The notes under the pieces were generated by a model that saw only the letters and a list, made by a program, of their open reading frames with translations, had not been told where the DNA came from and did no database searches. The position numbers and the translations under genes are program-made. DNA of 63,949 nucleotides, counting the filler, from Craspedostauros australis (taxonomy: Eukaryota): the NCBI GenBank assembly GCA_030167865.1. It is 10 parts of 10 records of this genome, joined end to end, with 100 filler letters (N's around TTAATTAATTAA, not from the genome) between each part and the next. Parts side by side here need not be neighbours in the genome. Positions count along the whole stretch, not along the records: positions 9,896 to 30,539 come from JALAGF010003745.1; 9 more parts are not named here. The stretch is one strand, 5' to 3'. This document shows, piece by piece, positions 12,009-22,700 of this stretch (the stretch's first letter is position 1; every line of letters starts with the position of its first letter).

Positions 12009-14537
12009 ATGAGATTTCAAGTCGCTGCCGCCTTCCTTTCCGCCACGCAGTTTGGGCACAGCGATGCTCGTCGTTCCGATGGCTCCACCCCGACCGCCGC
12101 AATGATGATGGCCTCTTCGTCCACCACCGCTGCTGCACCAGCATCTCCTCGATTGATGGGACGCCGCAAGAACAGGCACGACAAAGGAATGGTGGCATTC
12201 CACGAAGACAGCCGCTCCAAGACTGTCGAGACCAAGACGACCACGCGCGAGACTCCCCGCACCTCCTTTGTGAAGGACTTGCAAGCGTGCGATCCAACGC
12301 TGTCCGTCGTCCCGCAGCAATCGAAAATGGCGGATATCGGCCGATTGGCGAATCCTGCCTGCGCCTCGGGCCAGCTCTGCGCCGCGTACCAGCACGATGA
12401 CACCGCAGGCGTCTGCGTGGAAGAGGCCGCCGTCCGACGCGCCACGCGCAGTTTGCAATTGGATCCCCCTCTCTTGCAGCCGATCACTCCGGAAGAGGCG
12501 GTGTTCCAAGAGCATTGTCTCAACGGCGGACTGGATCACAAAGACTGCGACTGTCCAACGGATCCCAACTTTGACTTCTTTGCGCAAGATGTCTACTTCA
12601 CGTGCGTTGGACCATGCGCTCAGTCCCAATCCTTCGGCTTCTACCACGCTATACTCACCATCCCCGGCTCGGATGAAGAGATTCTCGTTACGCAGAGCAG
12701 CGTGAGCGTTCTCAACAACTGCACCGTCTCGCAATACGCTTTTTACCAGGCGTGCATCGCCGGACGAGATGCACCGGGTTTCACCGACTGCAGGTGCGGA
12801 GACACAGACATCGACGTGGAAACCACTGACGTGACCATTTCCTGCAAGAACCCTGCCACTCCTTGCGACACCGAGTACACCTACTTTTATGGCAACGGCG
12901 GCCCTTATGCCACCAGTGTACTACGCGATGGGCGTTGCACTTTCCCACAAAGTGAGCGCTGTGATCAGGACAACTGCGAATGCATCATCGACAATTACTT
13001 TTATGCCAATGGTAAGTCCGCCGGAATGTGCAGTTGGAATGAACCAGATGGGATGAGACAAAGCGGGGTTGCATGCAACCCGTACTGCTCGAATGGTTCA
13101 TTGGACATTGATTTCGCCCTCTCACCTCATCCCGCGACTCCATTCTCTGCACTGTTTACACTGCACCCTTCCCTGGTGAATGTCGTCTTCTCTTCAAATT
13201 CGTTTCGTCTCGTCTTGCTATCTCGTGTTGGTATTTCTGGTGGCGGCAATGCGTACGATGATCTCAACTCCCACTGCCTGAAAACCGTATGACACACGAA
13301 TACACCACACTTCAAAGGTTACATGCTGTGTAGCTACTACTCCGGAGGGCTAGCGGTCAATTTCACACTGGAGGGGGGACGGTTCATCTCCGCCACCTTC
13401 CTCAACATCCCCGATGTCGCAGCCGTCCAAACACTGGACCAGTTCTGCGAGCCGGACAGCGACTGCGACTGCACCAACATCGATACCTTGACTGGTACCG
13501 GAGTTGGCACTTGCGACAGAGATTGTGGAGATTACAAGTTCACCGCGACCAACGGGAACATCACGGACCGGACCTTCAACGGTTGCTACTACACCGAGCT
13601 CGGCGAGTTCTGTGTTTCGTACGGCCTTGATAGCTACGACTGCCCAACGCTGAACGGGGTGGCGTGCTCCTGCGGGGCCATCGAGTGCGGGCTGCTCGAC
13701 GACGCTCCAGCCTACTTGGTGGAATTCAGCTTTGACTGCGGCAACGGACTTGCCGGATCTTCCTGCGATGCCTCCTTCGGCCAGAAGTTTACCACGTGCG
13801 CGAAGGTCGAAGTCGAAGACTCGTGCGTCGCAACTTTTCCAAATGACTTGCCGGAATGCGATTGTTCTCAGCTGCAGACATCGAACACCACCGGCGTGGA
13901 AGAATTCGTGACTCCGTACAATGGCCAGATCGTGTGCACGGACTTGTGCGGAACGACGACCACCACCACCTTCCCAGGTGACAAGACGTTCTCCAGCCAA
14001 AAGTGTGGCATTGCCGTCTCACCCACTGGTGGCGCTGAAATTTGCGTGAGCCTGCCAACCCCGCTGGATGACACCTGCCCAGTGTCCGCCGACGGTGTCA
14101 CGTGCTCCGTTTGCAACACGGGATCGGCCTGCTTCGATGACAATGCCGGCTTCGATGTGCAATGCACCACCCCAACGAGCGGGATGATCTCTCTGGATAC
14201 CTGCGTCCTCGATGTCTGCCTCACCCCTGACACGCTGGTGCCCTCCGCCAAGCCATCAACCCAACCATCAAACTCGCCATCGAACTCGCCTTCGATGTCA
14301 CCGTCCAATGCTCCATCCAACTCGCCCTCCAACTCCCCCTCTAACTCACCGTCGATGAGTCCAACACCCTTGCCAACATCCATTCCATCAAGCCAACCCA
14401 GCAAGTCTGTTGCCCCAACCATGCCGAACACCGAGGTTCCAACGGCAACCCCGACCAGTGGAAGCAACATGCCAATTGTATTCACGGGAGCCTTGCTTGT
14501 GATCGGTGGTGCTACTCTGGGATTGCTCTTCGATTAA
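12009..14537 (+). CDS. Secreted Cys-rich cell-surface protein with RXL pro-peptide site, PS-rich stalk and probable GPI signal; 2 exons (12009-13011, 13318-14537), 740 aa
   Basis: Signal-like start MRFQVAAAFLSATQFGHSDA; RSLQ at 12447-12458; donor GTAAGT at 13012 and acceptor AG at 13316-13317 join the two ORF-track frames in phase (YAN-G-YMLC); repeated CxC modules; PSxx repeats; terminal SGS + hydrophobic IVFTGALLVIGGATLGLLFD. Confidence 0.78.
14241..14460 (+). repeat. Coding 12-bp-period repeat (PSNS/PSMS/PT stalk)
   Basis: PSAKPSTQPSNSPSNSPSMSPSNAPSNSPSNSPSNSPSMSPT. Confidence 0.85.
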
Positions 14538-14952
14538 GAAATGTGAAATGACGTGAGGTGCCCGCGATAACGATACAATTCGTTGTGAGAAGCCATTGAA
14601 CGGAGCACAGTCTCGGAACGTTTTTCGAGCAAGGTGGGATGGAGGTGATCGGCAAGACCTTGATCGAGAATGGTCTCAAGACTGGGGCGAAAACAGTCGA
14701 TCATGCTCATTGGATCATGTCCATCCCACCTCAGGGCTGACTTGGCAGGCAATCAGGGAAGTGGGAGAGATAGCCTATCACAAGATTTAGGGAATGTAGT
14801 ACAAAACTATTTGGAGAGGTGCCGTCAGTGCGTTGCGTCGTTTTGCGAAGAGGACAACGAGCATCAGGAAAACAAGAAAATGGCTAGTGGCAACAATACA
14901 AAAATACTTATTCTTTGATTCGCTCTAAGTGGTCAGTAAGGAAAGCCAGCAA

Positions 14953-15025
14953 GCCTAATTAGCTCAGTCGGTAGAGCGCACGACTCTTAATCGTGTGGTC
15001 GAGGGTTCGATCCCCTCATTGGGTG
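14953..15025 (+). tRNA. trnK: tRNA-Lys(CUU)
   Basis: 73-nt cloverleaf: acceptor GCCTAAT/ATTGGGT, D arm GCTCAGTCGGTAGAGC, anticodon arm CACGA-CTCTTAA-TCGTG, T arm GAGGG-TTCGATC-CCCTC; T6 run follows. Confidence 0.96.
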
Positions 15026-15026
15026 C

Positions 15027-15032
15027 TTTTTT
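15027..15032 (+). terminator. Pol III oligo-T terminator
   Basis: TTTTTT directly after the tRNA. Confidence 0.75.
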
Positions 15033-15332
15033 GGAGAATTTGATGATGGGCGAATTCAGAAAAGCAACAAGACGCGTTTTGTTTTGCGCATCCATCACGT
15101 CGGTCGCGCCGGTTGGATCTCTGCTGCTTGTCTCCTTTTGGTGTGCCGAACATTCGACACTGTGACGCAAACGTATCTGAAGGTGAGCAGCAACATACAT
15201 GATGTAGGACTCCATGATTGACGGCCTGTGGCACACAAGCGCATGACATTGTAGCACGATGGCGTTTGTTGGGAATTGAGAAGTATAACATCACGACCGC
15301 TTTTCTCGTTTGCGCTGCTCTGTTCTGCTCAC

Positions 15333-15395
15333 CACATCGCATCACATCGCATTGCATCACATTGCATCACATTGCATCATATTGCATCACATCGC
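15333..15395 (+). repeat. Degenerate (CACAT/TGCAT) 5/10-bp tandem repeat
   Basis: cacatcgcatcacatcgcattgcatcacattgcatcacattgcatcatattgcatcacatcgc, upstream of the small plastid gene. A related (TGCAT)n run lies at ~19737-19770. Confidence 0.8.
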
Positions 15396-15463
15396 GTCGC
15401 CTCAGAGATCTGTTTCTATCGTCTGCCAATTTACGTTATCTTCCGAATCACACAGAATTGAGC

Positions 15464-15940
15464 ATGAAGACGATGGCGATGGCGACAAGGATAACAATGG
15501 CGATCTCAGCGGTGATCTGTGCAGCGCTGATAGCCACAATGCCGATGGCGGCGTCTTTCTCTCTGCAGCAGCCTCACAGCATCGGGAGGTCCCCAAGGCT
15601 TGCACCACCGCAAACATCGTCACAACCAGACGCAATGCGCAATCACGGTGCATCGATGGCGAAAGCATCCATGCTGTCAATGAGCCCAGTCGATATGGCA
15701 GAGATTTTGGATACGGAAACGCTCGCAAACTTGCTGTCGCATGCATCACGAAGCGGGGCAGAGGATCCTTCGTCCTTCCTGCTGTTGGCAGCAGAAGCGG
15801 GCGATCACGTGAAAGGGACCATCAATTGGAGCAATCCTGCAGAGGCCGCGGTGGGCGCACTCACGTTGGCGTACATCGGTTTCTCCATCTGGGCTGGTCT
15901 GAAGTACGTCCTCAAAGATGGGTGGAGACCGAAGCTATGA
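15464..15940 (+). CDS. Small plastid-targeted single-TM protein, 158 aa
   Basis: Signal peptide ending MAA-SF, S/R/P-rich transit peptide ending LSM, then a short mature part with one hydrophobic helix (AAVGALTLAYIGFSIWAGLKYVL) and basic tail DGWRPKL. Confidence 0.75.
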   Translation: MKTMAMATRITMAISAVICAALIATMPMAASFSLQQPHSIGRSPRLAPPQTSSQPDAMRNHGASMAKASMLSMSPVDMAEILDTETLANLLSHASRSGAEDPSSFLLLAAEAGDHVKGTINWSNPAEAAVGALTLAYIGFSIWAGLKYVLKDGWRPKL

Positions 15941-16332
15941 GAACAAGGATCGGATACGTGGAACTGCGGAGGGTTGTTGACGCATCACGCGATTGCATTC
16001 ATCAATGCTGCTGTGTATCATAGATATACAGCATTCCACCTTGGTCCCGTTGTATGTAGAATAGACTCTAGGGAACAGAACTCGCTCTGCTTCACAACCA
16101 TTTGCGCCATGCAGCGGAAACTGCTGAGATCAAAATTCCCCGGACGCTTTTGACGTCACAGAATAGAACAAGCAACGAAGAGGACATGGGATTGTATTTG
16201 TACATGTTAAAGACCAAGGCAATCATCAGCAAAGAGGCCACTGATGACATGGTCGAGAACAAAACAAAGCAATGACAACAAAATGCGCGTGTCGACATTC
16301 TGTTCTGGTCAACATCAAATTCTCCAAAAAGG

Positions 16333-16405
16333 CACCCAATGAGGGGATCGAACCCTCGACCACACGATTAAGAGTCGTGCGCTCTACCGACTGAGCTAAT
16401 TAGGC
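16333..16405 (-). tRNA. trnK: tRNA-Lys(CUU), identical second copy
   Basis: Exact reverse complement of 14953-15025; T5 run follows on the - strand (aaaaa at 16326-16330). Confidence 0.96.
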
Positions 16406-16880
16406 TTACTAGCTTTTGTTGCTGCATGCCACCAACGAGCCAAACATGACAATGTTTGTTTTGACAGTTTCCATTCGATTTCTCTTCCTCATCAGCCATG
16501 ATTGTTCCTCCTCCACCTCGCAAATGGCATCGCCAGAGACAATGAACGACAACACGTTCAGCATTCCTTCAGCGCATACTCGTACTCTTCATTTGTTCGC
16601 ATTAACAATTCTCCGCTCAATCCTAAACACTCTCCACCAACCAACAACTTCGAAGTCGGCAAGGACACCGTTGCGTAGATTCTCCAAAGTCCTAAAGTAC
16701 TGTGTTAATGATCGTGCGCTGGGCTGCTGCTGCTACATGCGCAATACCATGCTGCTGTCATCGAGCTTCATCAAAAGTCCTCAAATGAAATCCACACAAG
16801 ACCAACCAAGGAATAGACAACACGATTTGTCTGTCTGTCTCTCTGTCTGATTTGATCCTAAAAATATAGAATTTTCGCCC

Positions 16881-18617
16881 TTATCGCTGGGCCGGCGATG
16901 TCAATCCAGAGACTCCGGTGTTCTTGGCGGTTCCCTTGGTCGTGATGTACGGTCCCCAGCTGCTGACGACGTCGACATCCTCTTCCTTCTTGAGCAGATC
17001 GGCGGCGAAGGCCTTGGCGGACTTCTCACGTCGCACCTCCTTCATGCGGATCATCTTGTTGCGCACGATCTTGCGCCAGAAGCTGCCATCCTCGTTTGGC
17101 TGCACGACGGTGACGGCGCCGCTCTCATCATCGATGAGGACGACGGCCTGCTCCGTGGGCTCGGCCTCGACGCAGTCGCCACCCTCCATGCCGACCTCGT
17201 CGGAAATGTCGCACTCGGCCTCGTTGACGGACTCGATGACGGCAATGCGCTTGCCGACGAGCTCATCCGCGCCGACGACGAGTCCGAGCGGTGCCAACGT
17301 GGATCGGTCGTACTCGATGAGCATGCCGTTGAGCATACCGAGGACGCGTCCGCACGACATGTACCACCACTTGACGGTGTCCTTGGTGATCTCCTCGTCG
17401 AGCACGAAGGATTCCTCGTACTGGATGAGGCCCTCGTCGGGTGCGTGGAGTTCGTCACCGGCGCTGGGGGCGTAGACCTTGAAGAATTCCTCGCCGGCGC
17501 GCGCGATGTCCTCGTGGGCGTAGACGCCGGACTCGTGGTTGGAGTCGCTGTAGGTGATGGTGGCGTCGACGCGGATCTCTCCGTTCTTCTGGTGATCGAC
17601 GGTGCAGATCTCGAAGCCGTCCTTGTTGCCGCGGATGAGGCGCGATTGCTGGCGGCCGTCGCGCGATGTTCCGCCGCGCATGACGGAGGTCTGGACGAAG
17701 GTGCAGGCTCCGCGGTTGGGGTAGGGTCCCTCCTTGGGGTCGATGGTGGGGAAGGTGATGGAGTCCTGGTAGTCCTGTCCGAGATGGAAGTGTCCTGAGA
17801 ACCATGCCTTGATGCATCGGTTCTCGCGCACGATCTCGATGAACTTGCGGCACTTGATGTCGTCGGAGTGGTTGAGCCAGCAGCATCCGTTGACGACGTG
17901 GTTCTCCTGCAGGACGCGCAGTCCGGATCCGTTTGGCGGCGCGTGCGTGAAGACGAAGATCTTCCATCCTTCCTCGGCCGGGTGGGCCTTGACGGTCTCC
18001 TCGAACCAGGCCATCTGCTCGTCGTCGATGGTGACCTCGTGGGAGGTGTATCTGGCCGAGCGGAAGACGGTGGAGGACATGCCGACGAGGATGGTCTTTT
18101 CGGCGACGTGGCGGATGAAGTTTGGCGTTGGCTTGTTGTGCACGCGCAGGAACATCTCCAGGTTTGCCTCATCGGTGGAGAACTCGTCGATGCCCTCGAG
18201 ATCGTGGTTGCCGCCGACGACCTCGTAAGGCACGCCGAAGCTGCCCAGGAACTCGGCGGCCAGCTCGTGGCATTCCGTGGTTCCGGCGAAGAGCTCCGTG
18301 GTCTCCTCGGGGCGCACGGACTTGGATTCTCCGAGGTCGCCGAGCGAGACGAGGGCCACGTTGCCGTGCTTGCCCTTGGCCTCATCGAGGATTGGCACCC
18401 ACTGGGATTGGCCGGTCTCGTAGTCCTCCATCTTGCGCGGGTCCATGTGCAGGTCACCGACGCATCCCACGAGGAACTCGTCGGCCGACATGAAGAGGGG
18501 TCCGTTGCTGGTGCTGGTGCGAACGGAGGAAGGGGCGTTGAGCTGGAATGCCACGGCGGAGCCGGACATCAGGGCGCTCATCAAGGCCGCGGTGGTTGCT
18601 GTGGCAGTGAACTTCAT
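16881..18617 (-). CDS. Plastid-targeted calcineurin-like metallophosphoesterase, 578 aa
   Basis: Bipartite presequence MKFTATATTAALMSALMSGSAVA-FQ. All five metallophosphoesterase motifs are present: GDLH, GDLG, GNHD, HAPP, GHFH. Strong C/G third-position bias. Confidence 0.9.
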   Translation of the reverse strand: MKFTATATTAALMSALMSGSAVAFQLNAPSSVRTSTSNGPLFMSADEFLVGCVGDLHMDPRKMEDYETGQSQWVPILDEAKGKHGNVALVSLGDLGESKSVRPEETTELFAGTTECHELAAEFLGSFGVPYEVVGGNHDLEGIDEFSTDEANLEMFLRVHNKPTPNFIRHVAEKTILVGMSSTVFRSARYTSHEVTIDDEQMAWFEETVKAHPAEEGWKIFVFTHAPPNGSGLRVLQENHVVNGCCWLNHSDDIKCRKFIEIVRENRCIKAWFSGHFHLGQDYQDSITFPTIDPKEGPYPNRGACTFVQTSVMRGGTSRDGRQQSRLIRGNKDGFEICTVDHQKNGEIRVDATITYSDSNHESGVYAHEDIARAGEEFFKVYAPSAGDELHAPDEGLIQYEESFVLDEEITKDTVKWWYMSCGRVLGMLNGMLIEYDRSTLAPLGLVVGADELVGKRIAVIESVNEAECDISDEVGMEGGDCVEAEPTEQAVVLIDDESGAVTVVQPNEDGSFWRKIVRNKMIRMKEVRREKSAKAFAADLLKKEEDVDVVSSWGPYITTKGTAKNTGVSGLTSPAQR

Positions 18618-19777
18618 CGTTAACAGTATAGTGTAGTATAGCGTAGTAGAACGGGACGGGACGGAGTGCTTCGACAAGGACGCAAACAAGCAGGAAGGGT
18701 TGAGAATCTGGGGGATGGTGCAGATTCTTCCGGTGGAAATTTGTGTCGTTTGCAATTGGCTTTGTTCGTTGTTCGTCCCAACCAGTTGCATTGCGTTGCG
18801 TTGCGTCGCGTCGGGATGAGGGAGGTGTCAAACCATTTGACGCGCACAATTGACGACGACGAGCACCGCAGAATTCTGCAACGTACTCCACAACAGGATA
18901 CGATGTTGACGAAAGATCGTGCCCCATGTGCGAAAACGAAGGCTTTTTTGGGACATCGTAGTCGTGTGCTGACGATTGCCTCATTCGTTGCGTACGTTCG
19001 CGAAGATCCCCACAACGCAGCGATCTGATTGGGCCAGGGCGTGTCTGTCACGAAATCGTCAGCTGCCACATGCGTGGGACTGTTTTGTCAAACCGCACTT
19101 TCGCGAATGCGTTCGTTCTAGTCGTGGATTTTAACCATGACTGCGAGGCAGATCTGGTCAAGGTGGTCCGTTTCTATCATTTTGCTGAAATCATTGAGTA
19201 TCCGAACATGCGTCTGTTACAAGCACGTGCATGTCGCAGCTGGCGCATTTGTGATAAAATGACTTTTTCTGCAGTCGCCACACAGGAAGAAAGACACGCA
19301 GAACGACACCAAACGCGCAAAGTGCGCGAAAACAAGACCAAACATCATGAGAAGGGCTGTGATAGGACATGACCATGGCCCAAAAGGCCGTGTTGTATCA
19401 CAGCGAAGTCCAAGGATCGTTGGCGCCAACCTTGTTCCATGAGAAACATGGATGATTGACACTCTTTGTTGCATGGGTAGAGAGAGTAGAGAGAGCAGGA
19501 GAGTGGATGGAGGTTCCAACCATTGTTCATGCATACAGACAGACATACAATTATACAACAATACGCGCAGAGCAACAGAAGCAAGACAACACGTAAAGTG
19601 GAGAATCGATAGAAGGAAGGGCAGAAACAAGAAGAGAAACAAGAAAAGCAGGAGAGGCGAAGGCAGGATCTCGCCCTGACAAGGCGAATGCGAGTCGACG
19701 TTGGCGCCTGCTGAAGGTCATTGTCGCGGTCCACTCAATTGCATTGCATTGCATTGCATTGAATTGCATCAGACAAG

Positions 19778-22700
19778 ATGAACACATCCCGACCAACGAC
19801 GCGCAAGAAGAAGAAGAAGAAGACGACGCGCAAACGCAGAGACGAAGACAGCGACAGCGACAATGAGGACGACTTGCGACGGCACGATGACTTCGACGAG
19901 GACGAGCACAGCGACCGGCTGCTGCCGCTGTCGTCGCAACGCTCGGCCAAGAGCAGGGCGTCCTCCACGGCATCGTCGACGCGCACGCCCAACGGCACGG
20001 TCATTCGCAAGAAGAAAAAGAAGAAGAAGAAGAAGAAAAAGAAGAAGCGCGGCAAGCTGACGCCCGAAGCGCTGACGGCCGTGCCTGCCAATCCCAAGCT
20101 TTATGACGTCGACGAAGAGGAGGAGTCGTATCCCTGGGAGTTGGATGACAACGGCAATGCCGACAATGCAGACAACAATGCCAATGCCAACGACAATGAC
20201 AACAACAAGCTGACCTACGATGACACGGACGAGGAGGACAATCCCTTCCGATCCAAATCGCCCGACGATGACACCACGGACGACGATTCCCTCGATCCAG
20301 AGCACCAGAGACCCAACCCGCGGCAACGACAGAAGCAGCGCAGCCAGCCGGTCCAAGCGCAGCAGCGACCGCAACGCACGAGGGGCGTGCCGCCTCCGCC
20401 GCCCATGTCCTCGCCGCAAGCAACGCCCACCGATGATGGACTGCGCGACCCGCATGCCGATGGGCCCGTCCGCAAACGTCCCGCGCGCAAAAAGAAGAAG
20501 AAGAAGAAATCGACCTCCGTCACGCTAGAGGATATGTTCATGAACACGCCCGACGATGCGGACGACGCCGATCGCATGGACCATGCACCCGCTGCGATGA
20601 CCCAGCGCGCAAGACAGATATCCATCCGCCAGGAGGATTATCCGCACAATCGCAAGGTCAACCCCATCACGGCGGCCTTCAAGGCGCCCTTCCAAAAGAG
20701 CCTCTCAAGGCAGCTGCAGGAGCAGAAGCAATCGCATTTCGCGGAGATCGACAAGGAGAAGATGTTCAAGCACAAGGAATCGCCCGTGGCGGGGCGCAAG
20801 ACGGCGCGCAAGGCGGCGCAGCTGGTGGACTCGCCGGATCAGCCCATCGGACGCGGTCTGCCGCATTCCGCCCTCGACCAGTTCAGAAGCCTCAACGCCA
20901 GATCCAGCGACGAGGAGGGCGGGCCCATCGCGGCAAAGTCCAAGCACAACCCCATGATGACGACGGGACACTCGCAGCGTCTCAGCACCATCGAGATTAT
21001 CGCCAGCATGGAACGATCCAGCGGCAACGTCGCCACCGACAACCAGGCGCTAGAATCGCCAAGACGCACGTCCAGCAGGGTTGGCAAATTCGGATTCGCG
21101 GCACCCAAACTAGCGGGCGTCACCAAGACGGGCAAGGCGCTCACGCATCTATTCACGCGCACGCTCGGGGGGAATCAACCATCGTCCCGCAATATCGTGC
21201 CGGACGATGACGACGACGACGAGATGATTGACTTTGAAGCGGAGGTCGCCAAGGCCGAGGCACGGTTGGCCGCCAAATCGCCCAAACCGGCACCGCCGCC
21301 GACAGTTCGAATGCGTCCGCGGCCTGGCTCCAAAAGTGAAGACGCAGCACCGCGACGCAAGAAGACGTCCTCCATCATGATCAAATTGCCAATTATGCAG
21401 CAGGAGCGCGATCAGCTCAAGAAGGAAAACACCTCCTTGCGCAAGCGATTGGATTGGGCCCTGCAGGAGGTCGAGGCCATCACGCAGAAGACGACGGAGC
21501 TCGCGCAGTCACAGTCGCAGCTAGAGAAGATCCAGGCCGATCTCAAGCGCGCCGAGGATGCCGAGCAGAATCTGCAATCCAGGGTCGACGAGCTAGAGGA
21601 GTCCGTCATGGAGAAGGACATGCACATCTACTCCCTGGAGGAATCGCTCGATCAAGCCGGTTTGATGGGCACGCGCGGCACGTCGGCGCAACATATCATG
21701 CAGGCCCAGCGGCAGTCGCACGAGCTCGAGCTCATCGACGAGATGACCAGCGATCTCAAGAACGCGCAGGATGAGTTCGATGGCTTGTTCGTCAACGACG
21801 AAGACGACGAGGATCTGCACGAGCTGAGCCAGGACCTCAACGACACCATGGAACGGCGGTCCAGCCACCACTCGCTGCGCGATGAAGAAGGTTTGGGCGA
21901 CCACTCGGGACATTCCTTCTTCGGCGGCGAAAGTCAGGAGAAGGAATGGCTCCAGGACACGGCTGCGCAATCTCTCATGGGCAAGAAGTCCGCCGGCAAC
22001 CGATTCCGAAATGGCGGCGCGCTGTCTGCCAGCCGCCACAGACGCAGCAGTTCGTCCAACGACCCTCTCGGTCAGTCCTCACATCATGCAGGCCGCGCCA
22101 ACCCGCACCTCGCGGTCGAACACCACAAACGCAAGGTCTTCCAGCAGCTGCGCAAAACGCGCGTGGCCGAATCGGAAGATGCCAAGCAAAAAGATGACAC
22201 CATCAAGCAGCTGCAGGATAAGATCAAGGATATGGAACGCACGCACGGGCGTCCCATGCAGGAGCTCGTGGAGGAAAACAAAGTGCTGCGACAAGAAATT
22301 GCAGATCTCAAAACGACGGGCACGGTGCGCATTCGACGACAGCAGCAACAGCAGCCGCCAGGTTCCGAATCCAACAGGACGCGACGCAAGAAGAAGAAAA
22401 AGAAAAAGAAGAAAACGAAACAATCCAAGAAGCCCAAGCACAGTGAATTCGACGACGATGATGATGATGACGACGACTATCGCTTCCGCTTCAATTTGGA
22501 TGATACCGACAGCGAGGAGGAGAACGAGGAGAGTTCTTACGAATACGAAACGGAGTCCGAGATCAGCGAATCCTTCGCTGTCGACGACGGCGAGGATTTC
22601 CATGCCTCGGATCCTGCTGCTGCCAATGGCGAAGAGTACGAAATTGGCGCGGGCGGTATCGAGCAGGCGCAGGCCATGCTCAAGAGCTTCCGCATCAAGG

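Noticed and set aside
17051..18457. 468-aa R/S/P/T-rich alternative-frame ORF (similar cases at 21882-22841, 39202-40347, 47839-48906)
   Set aside because: Off-frame or antisense products of GC3-rich real genes.
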